The translations under genes and the position numbers were made by a program. Positions 15,631 through 29,027 of a DNA stretch of 64,000 nt are shown piece by piece. Below the pieces are notes generated by a model. The model was not told the DNA's origin. It ran no database searches and saw only the letters and a program-made list of their open reading frames with translations. The stretch lies in NCBI GenBank assembly GCA_951406725.2, contig OX597826.1, positions 5,022,001 to 5,086,000 on the forward strand, in the 5' to 3' direction. Position 1 is the first letter of the stretch. Each line of letters opens with the position of its first letter. This stretch comes from Octopus vulgaris (Eukaryota).

Positions 15631-15782
15631 GCTCTCTCTTCTCTCTTATCAATAATTCTCCTTAATCCTTGATCACGTAGAACAAGTTTATTGCAGTTGC
15701 CAAAATCATTCTACAAACGCCATCAATAACATATATCAATTTCTTCTTGCAACTCATCAGAAATGCATTTCCATCGTCTAGC

Positions 15783-15838
<56 letters not shown>

Positions 15839-16036
15839 TAATAATAATAATTGCGAACGGCGGGAAAGTTGATAGGAAATGTTAATCTCTATGTTTGCCA
15901 GGGCTGGTGAATTTTAAGACTATGACCCCTCTTAGCAGGTTCTGTTGGCGCTGGTTCATGACTTTCGTTTAAGAAGTGTATATGCGTGCGTATATGTATA
16001 TATATATATATATATACATACTTTCTATATGCGACT

Positions 16037-16083
<47 letters not shown>

Positions 16084-17217
16084 CTCACACACACACATAT
16101 ACTGAGTCGCATATAGAAAGTAAGGTATGTATATGTGTATGAGTGTGTGTGTGAATGTATGTATGTATGTGTTTGTGTGTGTGTGTGTGTGTGTAACATA
16201 TATGCTTGCATCTACATGACTGCGTGTGTTTATGTACTGATAAGTCCACGCAGGCTTATATTTATTATATATGCATATGAACACGATGAAAATGTGTGTA
16301 TCATTTTAGCTGGTTATGGTATGGTGAACCGGCTACAAAGATCAATGTGATGTGAGAATATGTGTGTGTCTGCACGCCCAGACACACACGTGCATAAATA
16401 CATACATATATGTATGTATGTATATATGTATGTACGTATGTATGTATGTATATATGTATGTATGTATGGCTGATAATCATTCATCAGTAATGTCGACGTT
16501 GTTGATGGAATGGTATCGTGGCGGGAAAACGTTGTGTGGTACGTGGATGACTAAGATATCTGGTGGGTGTTGAAGAAAGAAATGCTGAATGGTGATGGTA
16601 GATGATTGGGGTGAGAGAAGCATGGCTTCGATAATTTGATGCAATTTGAATTGAAAATTACTTTTACGCTTTCCATGGCGATGCCCCAACGAATGTATAT
16701 GAATACATACATGCGTATGAGTATGTGTTTAAACTTTTGAAGACATATAAGTCAATAGATTATCTTATAACCAGAAAGTACGAAATATTAAAATCGTATA
16801 CATCTACACAACATGCAAGCACACATTTATCCATTCATACATGCATACCTGTCTACCTATCTAATTATATGACAGGTTCTCGCGTATTTGAGAAGAAGCT
16901 TTGATAAACTGAAATTTTTCAATCAATCAGTAAACGATATTTAACGTTGTTTAAGAAAAGCATGTAGGGGAGATAACTCAACTAAGATCCGCTGACGGAA
17001 ACTTTTGTACAACAGAGACAAACTATACTAATGTTGACGTGATCTATAAAACCAACTTTTGAAAACAACTGACCTATTTTGGTACTACTACATCTCCACA
17101 GCGCGCATACACACACATACACACATATATATACGATTACAGGTATTTTCTCCAGATGCTTACACTCTGAGCTCTAATCTCGCTGAGTCAAATTCGCTTT
17201 TTGCGTCCCACCAGTAT

Positions 17218-17467
17218 GTTCCTTCTCGAGCCATGCCAGGCTCATAAGGGCAGGTTTCTCGGTTTCAGTGGCGTAGAAATTCCCCCACCTGGACGGGACG
17301 CCGGTCCGTCGCAGGATTACTCGTTTTTGCCAGCTGAGTGTGGACTGGAGCAACGTGAAATGAAGGGTTTTGCTCAAGAACATAACGCATCGCACGCTCC
17401 AGGAATCGAAACCACAACTTTACGATCATAAGTTCAACACCCTAACCACTAAACCACGCGCCTCCAC
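17218..17467 (-). mobile_element. tRNA-derived SINE (CORE/V-like) with 12-bp TSD, nested in an old Deu-like SINE
   Basis: Head GTGGAGGCGCGTGGTTTAGTGGTTAGGG...GGTTTCGATTCC (A and B boxes); V-like GCGACGGACCGGCGTCCCGTCCAGG; TSD TCCCACCAGTAT at 17206-17217 and 17468-17479. Confidence 0.9.
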
Positions 17468-18187
17468 TCCCACCAGTATCGATCCACTCAAATACCAGTG
17501 TTGATTTATTCGACTGATCATTTCTTTCTAAACTGCTGACCGTGTACCCAAATCAGAAGCCATTATCGATAAAATAAAGTTCTAGTCAAGTCCTGGAATC
17601 AATGGAATCGAATTTTACCCAGAGTTCGAAATTGCTGGCATTGTGTCAAAATTAGAAAAACATTATTATGGCTATTAACATTTTTGTTCGGTAAAAGTGA
17701 TAAAATGACTCAAGAGACGAGAGTTTCGTACATGCTACTTAATGAGTTCTATCTTATTTGTGCTACCAAACCTCCCATGCATGCATACACACACGCACGC
17801 AAGCACGCCCATGCGCGCCCGGGGACACTCATTTCACGGAATAGACTCTCATGCACAGAGATACAATTCTGCAATAGTACTCCTTTCAAATATATGCAGA
17901 AACCCTGAAATTTCTGATGACAAATAAGTCGATTAAAGCCACCCGCACACCCCTGTGCTGAATTGGTCCTTATTTGATCGACTTCAAAGACACAGTCCAC
18001 CTCGGTGGAATTTGAACTAAGAACGTAAAGACGGAAGAAATGCCGTGGTGCTAACGGATGCTGTAAGCTCTCCGAATCGTTTGTGATATTTGCGCTGGCA
18101 GTTTTTAAAGGAGAAAACTTTGGTATGGACGCTTGAATTTGAGCGTTTTCTATAATATCGACCATCGAGCCCGAAGGATGAAAGGGA

Positions 18188-18910
18188 AAACTTAGGATTC
18201 TCTGATAAGTTAATAAGTTAAATGAAACAGACTGCGTGTGTGTGTGAAGGGCCGTGTGCATATGCGAATGTACATAATGCACGGCGAAATAACAGAAGAT
18301 CAGGATCTTTTCGGTTTGAACGGCATTTTTTCTTGCGGTGTCATATGAAATGGTCACCCATAATTATGACCCTAGTATCGCTCTATTGCATTTCAATGTT
18401 TTAGGGTTAGGGTTAGTTAGGGTCGGTTAGGGTTAGGTTTAGGGTTAGGGGTGGAGGAAGGGTATCTTTTTTTCTTCAGAAATGTAAATAAACCCAATCT
18501 GTTTCTTAAACGAGGGACATATTCTTACGGCACAGAATGTTTTCACCTCAATAGACGTCATTGATTGGTTGAAATTTCTGAAATTGAAGAAAGAAAAAGA
18601 TGTTTTATAAACACATTCTATCAGTATACGAAGTTTAAAAGTGTTTAGTTACGTGGAAATTATTTTTAAAAACTGCCGTTCAAACCGGAAAGATCCGAAG
18701 CTCACTCAAATATTCTCTATTACAACCATCTCCATTCTACCCTAAAACAAAAAAGACAAAGTAAGACAAAAAATAGTAAAATAATTAACTTAAATGAGTT
18801 GCGTTAATTGTATTCTACTTGAAATACGAACCACTTCCTTCGCATTCATTCTCTTGGCTGAAACAGTCTGTTTCATTTAACTTATTAACTTATCAGAGAA
18901 ACATAAGTTT
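18188..18910. mobile_element. Outer TIR element (37-bp perfect, ~47-bp imperfect TIR) hosting a nested Merlin-like MITE
   Basis: ttctctgataagttaataagttaaatgaaacagactg (18198-18234) is the exact reverse complement of 18864-18900. No clear TSD. Confidence 0.7.
18303..18696 (-). mobile_element. Merlin-like MITE copy 1 (opposite orientation to copies 2-4)
   Basis: TIR GGATCTTTTCGGTTTGAACGGCA...TGCCGTTCAAACCGGAAAGATCC; TSD GAAGATCA/GAAGCTCA; internal (TTAGGG)n-like tract at ~18400-18450. Confidence 0.88.
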
Positions 18911-20058
18911 AAACACGCATCTCCTCTCACACATACACACACACAACGCTACATAGAAGAAAAACCGACTTACAGCTTTTCCTAGATGAGAGACTACATG
19001 AAATAAATGAATTGTATAGTGAGATTTATAAGCACGCGTATTAGGAACAGTACCGTTAGTTTTATTTCTTATTTCTGCTCACCGGATGAGCAATTTCACA
19101 GAACAATGCGTTATATATTCTACTTTAGAACTTAGTTGACTCATCTTCAATTTGATTCGACTTGTTATAAGTCAATCCAGTGCTTTACACTCTTAGCGGT
19201 GAGAATAGCTAATGTAAAGTCTATTTCAATATCACATTGCGTTGACTATGCAGCTTTTCATTTAAACATCAGGTAGACTCACGAACGAACAATTAATACG
19301 TGAATCTTAACAGGATCTCTTTTCGGATTGTTTTTTTTTTTTTTTTCATACACGTTGAACGAATGAACAGTAGTATGCCTTTGACTGTTGTTCGGAGATC
19401 AATTTCTTTTTTTTATAGTGTAGGCAGGTAATCCATAATGTTGTATCAAAACACCATAGATATAAGTCAGACCGACCGTCGTTCAGAACAACAGAACAAC
19501 AGAACAACATGGTCGTAGTGCCAGCTTACACTTCTTTTTTGTTCTCTTGTTGTGTCTTTAGATTGTGTTTCATTCATTTTGTTTCATTAAAAACATCAAA
19601 GCAACTCATGCACACACAGACACAAAACACACACACACACACATACACACACAAGCACACACACACACATACACAAACACACACACACACACACGTGTAA
19701 GTTCCTCAATGCATCTCCCACTCTCAATCTATCTATCTCTCCATCATATATATATAAAATATCTATGTATAATATATATGTATATATATTTAAGATATAT
19801 AAGTATATATATATATATATAATATATTTGTACATATAATATATATATGCATATATATATATATATAAAATATACATGTATATATATATATAATATATAT
19901 ATATATATAAAATGTACATTATATATGTATATATATATAATATGTGTACATATATGTATATATATACATATATATGCGTGTATATATATATATACATATA
20001 TATACATATATATATATATATGTATATACACACACACACACATATATACACATATGTG

Positions 20059-20098
<40 letters not shown>

Positions 20099-20395
20099 AA
20101 GAGAGAAAGAGAGAGGAGGTGTGATCGTGAGAATTCATCCATTAATGCTTCCGCTTCCTACTCTATTGTTCTGTGACCATCCATTACGTTTACATACACA
20201 CGTATTGCGTACGCATAGACACACTGATTCGCCGCTACACATGTTCTATTTATCTCTTAATCTAGTTATCCATATTGCAAACTTTATATCTGTCAATCAG
20301 TAAATGTAGTCTCATCTCTTTGTATATGAGTATATAAGCACTCGCGTAGATTTGTAAAGAGAAGTCCATGGAAAGAGACAGATAAACGATATGTG

Positions 20396-20436
<41 letters not shown>

Positions 20437-20847
20437 GACGGAAAGAAAGAAGTATTGGGGCGCGGTGCTAATCGAACAAGCTGTAGATAGATAGTCAGAC
20501 AGATAAATAGATAGATGGATAGACAAACAGACATCGAATCTCCTAACGAGGATCGGAGATCTATTTTTGACCGTTTTGTTCACCTTATGCATTTGCACAC
20601 TTACACACACACTTACACACACACACACACTCACACACACACACACACACACTCACACACAACTTATGAATATATATTTTTATGTATGCGTGTATATATA
20701 TATATATATAATGTATGTATCTCTCTCTCTCTCTGTTTATATATATATATATATAGTTTATGTATGTATATATATTATGTATTTGTGTTTATATATACAT
20801 ATATATAGTTTATGTATGTATGGGTATATCTATATATATAGTTTATG

Positions 20848-20886
<39 letters not shown>

Positions 20887-20929
20887 TTCATCTTGATAGT
20901 GGTCCCACTAACACACACACACACACACA

Positions 20930-22580
20930 AGCTTCATCGTAACAGATGGTAACCGTCCCATCAACGCACACACCACAGCACAGTTTCTCCGTTGATGAAC
21001 CCTCAGATGACTTTTAAGACCAGCTGCTGACTGACAAAGTTTAAAACACGAGTGACAGCTATGCAAATTTCGTCTACATCTTTGCCTGTTGGAATCCAAT
21101 TCTGAGGGAATGGGTTTTTTTTTTGTGTGTGTGAACTAACATGTATTTTAAGTCCAGATATTGTCTAACAAATGTTGTGATATATAACCCAAGTTGCAAG
21201 AAGTGGTTGCGGCTCAAGATTATTACCTACTTTTGGACATTTCGATTTTCATGTGACTTTATATGATTCACGAATCCTGCTTTGGACAACAGAAGACGAT
21301 CTCATACAATACATACACAATATTCACTGTTGGTTTCAGTTCCAATTGTTCCATTCTGACAGGATCTTTTAAGCTCAGAGCGCTGAACCATCTTTCCTTC
21401 CCAACATTTGCAACCCTTCCTAACAGCACCTCTCCACTTGTTCCGATCCAGAGCATCCATTTCTCAATCACTTTTGTTCATATCTAGTTTCTTCAGGTTT
21501 TTCATCACACAGTCATTATTCCTTCTTCCTCGGCTTATGTTGTGATCGCTTATGTTGTGTGTTGAGCTTACCGTAAAACGGCGCTTTGACAATCGCTCAT
21601 CTTTCATTCTAATAACATGCCCAACCCATCTCATTTGAGCCAAGATGACATGTTGTTCAACTGAGCAACAACTTGCCATGCAGAAAATATATGTATCTGT
21701 TATGAAACATTCCCACTTGATCTCAAGATACGTCTGAGGAACTTTTAATGAAATCTCTCCAGCATTTTCATATGACCATTGTAAGTAGTCAATGTCTCCC
21801 TCGAATACAGAAGTGCAGTTAATACACACGTTTTATAGACACTGATTTTTGTCTGCAAGGAAATACCTCTATCCGCCCTTGCTCGGGCTTTCCGAATGCT
21901 ACACTTCCCTAGCATATGTCTTTTAAGTCCAGATATTTATTGTCCAACAACTTTTGCGATGTATGACACAAGTTGCAAGAGATTATTAACTACCTGGACA
22001 TTTCGATAGTATATTTCAGCATCAAGACCACCATCTCTTGACAGTATACTTCTAAGGTAAACAAAAGTTTACCTTGTTCTGTTTACGAAAATGTTTGATT
22101 CAGAATATGTTTGTTCTGGCGCGGGAGTAAATATTACTTCGGTTTCCCCAAGACCAATTGTGAGTCCGATATGTTCACATGCAGTGGAAAATCTGTCCAT
22201 TATGTGTTGCATATCCTCCCCTGAGTGTGCCAACAAATCAGCACCATCTCAAATGAGATGGGCTGGACACGTTATTAGAATGAAAGATGAGAGATTCTCA
22301 AACCGCCCTTTTACGGTAAGCCCAATTCTCTCTGAGAAATGCTTTGAAAGTCTTTGCTTTGCAGATAAACCGGCTAAGATAAAAAATGCGACCATATATC
22401 CAAAATCTTATTCCAATTTCTCTGTTGCCAGCCTTGAAAGCGTACCAAAGCAATACAGCATAATAAATAGAGAAAACGCAGAGACAGGAATATCTCCCTG
22501 TTTGACACCGTTGTACACCGAAAATTCGTGAGATAGCTCACCATTAAAGTCTACCTGAGCTAATATGTTTCTGTAATGAG
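20930..22580 (-). pseudogene. Decayed, rearranged RTE-clade LINE (RT domain to C-terminal zinc finger)
   Basis: Minus-strand peptides: FSVYNGVKQGD; GIRFWIYGRIFYLSRF...FLRE; DLLAHSGEDMQHIMDRFSTAC; RGISLQTKISVYKTCVLTALLYS; QMRWVGHVIRMKDERLSKR; CHSCFKLCQSAAGLKSHLRVH. Contains frameshifts and stops. Confidence 0.92.
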
Positions 22581-22599
22581 AAAAGCAAGATAACTAGTA

Positions 22600-22865
22600 C
22601 TATGTTGACTTCAGGTTTTATATTGGATTACCTTCTCCTAGGCTTTTCGTCAAAAGGAGACTACAATCAGTAGTGGTAAATCAATTTAAATTCAGGGTTT
22701 TATTCTCCTATATTGGTGTCCTAATCACGGTTTCGTTCCAAATGAGGAGCCCAATCTATCCCATCACACATTCATAGCTTTCATAATGCAGCTAATTAAG
22801 AGGACTGTCAGAGTCTCCTCCTAGAAGAGTTCCCTTTACCACGCCTAACGAGCTTCATCTACCCC
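22600..22865 (-). mobile_element. Partial repeats resembling an RTE 5' UTR motif
   Basis: Two or three degenerate copies of tcagagt..ctcctaga..gtt.cc.ttaccac.gc.taacgagc, in the same orientation as the adjacent RTE ORF. Recognition-based. Confidence 0.4.
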
Positions 22866-22967
22866 CCACACACATACAAACAATCCATATATATATGTAC
22901 ACATATAAAAAAAAGATATGAAATTTTAAAAAAATTAAAATATAAAAAAATTAAAATATATTAAAAA

Positions 22968-23038
<71 letters not shown>

Positions 23039-23248
23039 TATATGTGCACATATTGTTGGGTGGACGTTACCTACTGATTAACTCTTCCACCCTTTGACAG
23101 GTCTTGGTTTCGACCTGTAGAGTGTCCAAAAATCACACTCCTCACCAAGCAAACTTGTTGGGGTTGCCGGTTTAGTCGCCGACAACAAGACCATGCAACA
23201 GGTTGTACAGGGTTACATGTTACCAGTAGCGTTCAAGAGCGACCTCAC

Positions 23249-23299
<51 letters not shown>

Positions 23300-23303
<4 letters not shown>

Positions 23304-23445
23304 TTAGGGAGAAGTCACAAGAAAACAAAAAATGAAGACAGGTGGTGTAGACAAACAGATATTTTAGTTTAACTCTCGAGAAGTGACAAAAGTTTTTAAC
23401 ATTTCGAGCCTACGCTCTTCCACAGAAAGGAACACAGAAAGATTA
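23300..23445 (-). mobile_element. Penelope-like pLTR fragment with degenerate minimal hammerhead (23397-23425)
   Basis: Minus strand reads CTGTGGA-A-GAGC-gtag-GCTC-GAAA-TGTTA; adjacent to (TA)n. Confidence 0.5.
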
Positions 23446-23515
23446 CTTATGCATGTGTGTATATGCATATATATATTTATATATGTATATATATGAAATA
23501 TATATATATATATGC

Positions 23516-23558
<43 letters not shown>

Positions 23559-23633
23559 TGTATATATATGTATATATATATATATATATGTATGTATATA
23601 TATATGTATATATATATATGTATATATATAGTT

Positions 23634-23673
<40 letters not shown>

Positions 23674-23706
23674 TATGTATATACTATATCTATCTATATA
23701 TGTGTG

Positions 23707-23747
<41 letters not shown>

Positions 23748-24365
23748 AATTTAAGCATGTATGTGTGTATATGTGTCTGTGTGTATGTATGTATGTGTAT
23801 ATATATATATATAATTCTTGTATGTATTTACACGCTTGGTAGATGTTTATGCGTATACGTTTATAGCCACGACTTTTGTAGTCTTTACAATTGTAAAGAA
23901 TGTAGTCATGTCTGAGAACGGGAAGTAAAGGTTACTGTGGGTGGCATGCCTATAACAAATTGTGTACTGCACCCTTCATCATGAAGCAAGAGAAGTCACT
24001 GTCCTGACAGGAAGCCATTAGCTGCATTGATGCGGATGTCATCACTAATGCGTGCTGTCAACACGCACAATACTTGACGTCTTAGCAGTACCTTTAGAAG
24101 GCCAGTACAAGAGTAGGACAGAATACAACATACACAGGATAAAGTGAAATAAACGGAGAGAGAGAGAAAGAAAAAGTATAAGAGGGAGAGAGATAGAGTG
24201 AGAGAAAAAGAAAGAAGTTAAAGAGAAGCGGACTAGCAATAGAGTGATGGAGGAAGAGAGAAACGGGAATCAGAAAGAGAAAAAGAAACTACTTTAGCGC
24301 TGAGTTAAGCATTCCTGAAGATATGAATGTATGTACGTGCATGTAACACGCATGCGTGTATCTGA

Positions 24366-24405
<40 letters not shown>

Positions 24406-25859
24406 TTATATACATTACATACATACGCAGACACATACACACACATATATACAAACACACACATAAAATGTAATGATTGATTAGAGGCCAATGTGTGCTC
24501 ACGTTTGTGTGTACAGGTATATGTGTGTTACTATGTACGATAGAAAATTTATTAAAATAAAAGAGCTGATTTAATAAAGAGATATGTAATGTATCTACCT
24601 TTCTATATGTCTGTCTTCAACCACCTCATTATTTTCATCTATTCTCTCACTTTCTCCTTCTGCACCTCCTTTTATACTGCACCCATACTCTACTCTCATG
24701 GCATGCTTATATAATCACTTTTTCATTTCATAATACTTAAAATTGACATAAGCATTGATATGGTCACATATACACACAAACACACAGCCTACTCTTGCAC
24801 GCGGCTCTTTCCACTTCTGCAGTTGTCCACCATTTTTGCTCTACACAATTTTGAATGTAAAATAAATAATCCGTTAAGAAAACGGCTTTGTATAATAATG
24901 CCCCGAAACAGTACGATAGATAATATACCAGGTTACTGACTGATTATTCACGATTTCCTATGCCATAGTGGCTGTAGTAATAGTTTTACTAATCTTATAG
25001 TAACGCAAGGTACAAGAGATGGTGTTACTTTCCTTCATGACCACAAAATAGATCAGAATTAGGTATTTATCTTTGTTCGGAGAGCGTTCTGTCCGTCATT
25101 TATATAACTCGTCAATTTTGGAGAATATTTAGAATATAATTATATGCGTTAAGAGTACCATGATCGATTTATCTAATCAATCAGAAAGACTGTGCAATAT
25201 CCATAAACTTCGAGCTCCTCATCATATTTGATCGAATCCCTACCCGAATCATCAGCTGATCGATATTTATAGGGGAAAATACGAGCTGATAAAGAACCGG
25301 TTGTGTGATCCAAACCTTTGCAATACTAAATATACAAATATAAAAAAACTTTGTTAAAATTACCCACTGACTATTTGGTGATGCTTTAGCTTTTGGCATC
25401 TCTTTAGGCCTACTAAATCTAGTATTATCTAGTATTTGCGTATGAGTGGGAGTATCTCTATGTGTATAGGGATGTATATGTATGTACGAAAGACAAAAAC
25501 TAATCACTCGTAGTTTATCCAGACCAGATTGGCTTTTCATTCGTTGAATCATATTGAATCCAGAGGTATCATCCTTGTAATCAGTGTGTGTGGGAAATTA
25601 CATATAAGAACCTCAAGTGATATACGTATGCACGCACGCACGTGTGTGTGTGTTTGTGTACGTACTGTCTTCACTACTGATTATGCAATTATACTTTTGT
25701 CTAATGAGTGACAGATTTATAATATGTCTAATGATGTATCGTGTGATTAACTTTGTCTCATTTAGCCTTACGGTTCATTGGTTAATGCATTCCCTGGGGA
25801 TTTCTATAAAACATTATGAAGAACTAACGCTGAATCCAGTTAGACACGTGGGTAAGTGT

Positions 25860-25963
25860 GTAGGCGTGGAAGTGCTGTGTGGAAAGAAGCGTGCTTCCAA
25901 ACCACATGGTTCCGGGTTCAGTCTCACTGCGTGGTACGTTGGGCAAGTGTCTTCTATCATAGC

Positions 25964-26060
<97 letters not shown>

Positions 26061-26215
26061 TTCCGTGTTTGTCCTCCTACCATCGCTTGACAACCGATGT
26101 TGGTGTGTTTAGCGGTTTGTAACAAGACACCGATAGAATAAGTACTAGGCTTACAAAGACTAAGCCCTAATGTCAATTCGCTCGACTATACACGGTGTTC
26201 CAGCATGGCCGCATT
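25860..26215 (+). mobile_element. tRNA/CORE-like SINE with internal microsatellite
   Basis: gtaggcgtgg..gctgtgtgg..aaccacatggttccgggttcagtc..ttgggcaagtgtcttct, then (TA)/(TG), then gcttgacaaccgatg...ccagcatggccgca. Confidence 0.85.
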
Positions 26216-26511
26216 TGAAACCTTACCTTTTACAAAGTGGAAACACTGACAGGCAATGTGGTCGAGTATTTCCTATATATGAATAAAGTATGATATAATC
26301 ACAACTTATTCGCCATTGTTTATACGTATGCTCAACAGCAACAGCAGCAACATCGACTTATAAACATATCTGGGTCTGGAGATTTACATCAAAATAGCTT
26401 CACGAGGTTAACTCATTTTTCTTATCTCTCATTCTTTTTCATTTACATCAAAATTACTAAAATGCAGTTATTGTTATCTAACTCATATGTTTTGTTATTT
26501 TTGTTCATCAG

Positions 26512-26815
26512 ATAACGAAGCTACAAAAGCTTACAGACAAAGACAACCATGCCGGTTCCTCGAAGAATTTGCTAGCATCCATAAGTGGAAGGATTTGACT
26601 GGACGTTATATTATTGAAGTGGAAGACAACATGAACGTCTTCCGAATTAAGGATAACATTCATGGACTTAGTGAGGTGCCGCGGGACTGTAGCCACGGTC
26701 CGAAAGCTTTCCCATATGAAGTTCGGAGGTCTGAAATTCGACTGGTTTCACGCTGTGTATCACTGAAGGAGGGGACAAAAAATACATTCCTCACTTACAC
26801 TACCAACGACTCTTG
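26512..26815 (+). CDS. Internal coding exon (304 nt, phase 1 to 2) of the same gene, DUF7043-like (CxF...W...G.Y)
   Basis: Acceptor ttttgttatttttgttcatcag| and donor TG|gtaagt. High-complexity open frame (N)NEATKAYRQRQPCRFLEEFASIHKWKDLTGRYIIEVED...RCVSLKEGTKNTFLTYTTNDS(C/W). A+AT gives AAT, splicing in frame with exon 13650-13758. Confidence 0.85.
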
Positions 26816-26887
26816 GTAAGTTTATTGTCTTATTATCATATCATTCCCTTTGTATTTCATCCTTTCGGGGTCGTTGAAAATTATACT

Positions 26888-27084
26888 GAATCCAGGCAAA
26901 AATGTCACGGTTATAAAGTCACATGAGTTATGTCTGGGGGCGGTTCCGAGGGGGCTTTGTCCTTGGAGTTCTTGCCCGGAACCCATAAATTAATTGTGAC
27001 TTCTTTTCCTGTGACAATTTTCCTAGCCAAAATTGTAACTTTATTTCTGTGAATTTTTTTCCTGTGACTGTATTACGGGTAACC
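26888..27084. mobile_element. Foldback (MULE-like) DNA transposon remnant interrupting a Deu-like SINE
   Basis: Subterminal repeats aaagtcaca on the left and tgtgact-tttt-cc repeated on the right; the SINE core breaks at ~26885 and resumes at ~27087. Confidence 0.45.
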
Positions 27085-27539
27085 ATTATATCACCTGAAC
27101 ACTGGAGTTAATGCAATTCACTAACTCCTGTCTGCCAAAATTTCAAGACTTGTGCTTACAATAGAAAGAATTGTATTTTCCACACTGTCTGTTGCGTTTC
27201 CATTCTACTACGTTTCTTTGAAAATCATCTCATCTACGTTAATCGTCATCGTCTGGTCGTGCAAATTGCCCGGACAAGTATCGAAACTTGATCTAACAAT
27301 CTAACAATCACTTTTCGACATTTTCATGTGTTTTTACTGTATGATATTACTGTTGATTTACACATACCTTCATCAGAAGGTAAATAGGCCAGTCAGGGTT
27401 AGAAAACCTTAGGTAATAAACTTATTTAGCTAGCTATATCATAAAACTGAGCTACAACAGTTGAATATTTTTGGAAAGTCACGCACGGGAGGTAAATTTT
27501 GATGTAAAAGAAAAACATGAATCTGAAAGTAAAGAAAAT

Positions 27540-27942
27540 GGATCTTTTCGGTTTGACCGGCAGTTTTTTTTAAATAATTTCCACGTAACTAAACACTTTT
27601 AAACTTCGTATACTGGTAGAATGTGTTTATAAAACATCTTTTTCTCTTGGCTTTATTGAGAAAATTCTATAGTTTGTAAGATATTTGGGTTTTTTTTTCC
27701 AATTTCCGCATTTTCAACCAATCAATGACGTCTATTGAGGTGAAACCATTCTGTGCCGTATGAATATGTCCCTCGTTTAAGAAACAGTTGGGTTTATTTA
27801 CATTTCAGAAGATACCCTTCCCCCCACCCCTAACCCTAAAACAGATTGAAATGCAATAGATCGATACTAGGGTCATAATTATGGGTGACAATTTCATATG
27901 ACGCCGCTAGAAAAAAACTGCCGTTCAAACCGAAAAGGATCC
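27540..27942 (+). mobile_element. Merlin-like MITE copy 2
   Basis: Same TIRs as copy 1; TSD AAGAAAAT/AGGAAAAT; internal CCCTAACCCTAA. Confidence 0.9.
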
Positions 27943-28608
27943 AGGAAAATCTACAGTCATCAGAGGAACTCGATGGATTATTCGTGCATTATTACAATAA
28001 ATGTAAACGGCTCGAATCCGTAATTATTTATAAGCCAACAGAGATATAAACGTCAACAATAAAGTAAAATACATTTGGCAATAGAATATTGTTAATGAGT
28101 TTAATAATATAATACCTGGGTTAAATACAACAACGGTGAGGATAACATCGATATACAAGTGAGACGGTGTATTTCTAGCGTCAGCACATGGTGTTAGGAA
28201 TAATTTATTAAATCGAACTTAGTACGTAAAGGACAGTGATTTTATCGACTGTAAAATGATGAAATGTAATATCGGCTATCGCAGGATAAATCAGTATGAT
28301 ACGTACGGCAGTATGATTAAAAGGCTTGCTTCGCAATCAAATTGTTTAGGGTTGGATCCATCCGGGTAAAATGGACGGAAACGGTCACGAGGAAAATATA
28401 CAGATAAAATTGTCACTGAAAAGTGCATCTTATTATATTTAGATTTGATAAATAATGCAGATGGGGCTGAAGTAATTAAGTATATAACGTTATTAGTCAT
28501 TTATTAACTGGGAATACGTGTATTGAATATGTTAACGACGGAGTTTATACAATGGTTATGTTTATCAACGTTTCTCATTTTACACAATGTCAAAATGGGA
28601 GAGCGTTT

Positions 28609-29027
28609 GGATCTTTTCGGTTTGAAGGACAGTTTTTTTTACATAATTTCTAGGTAACTAAAAAATTTTAAACTTCGTATACTGGTAGAATGTGTTTATA
28701 AAACATCTTTTTCTCTTGGCTTTATTGAGAAAATTCTATAGTTTGTAAGATATTTATTGTTTTTTTTCTTCAATTTCTGCAATTTCAACCAATCACTGAC
28801 GTCTATTGAGTTAAAAAACATTCTGTGCCGTATGAATATGTCCCTCTTTTAAGAAGCAGATTGGGTTTATTTACATTTGTGAAGAAAAAAAAGATACCCT
28901 TCCCCCACCCCTAACCCTAACCCTAAAAGAGATTGTAATGCAATAGATCGATTCTAGGGTCATAATTATGGGTGACAATTTCATATGACACCGCTAGAAA
29001 AAACTGCCGTTCAAACCGAAAACATCC
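28609..29027 (+). mobile_element. Merlin-like MITE copy 3
   Basis: Perfect 8-bp TSD GAGCGTTT (28601-28608 and 29028-29035); GG...CC termini; internal (CCCTAA)3. Confidence 0.92.

Noticed and set aside
18400-18450. TTAGGG repeats as a telomere or chromosome fusion site
   Set aside because: They are short and internal to a MITE present in four copies.
22091-22531. 146-aa + strand ORF containing QMRWAGHVIRM
   Set aside because: It is antisense to the decayed RTE; the motif comes from the 74-bp inverted duplication.
23050-23250. HDV-like or twister ribozyme in a segment resembling an RTE 5' region (ggcgactaaac on the minus strand)
   Set aside because: I could not build the nested double pseudoknot or a twister core by eye; a covariance-model search is needed.
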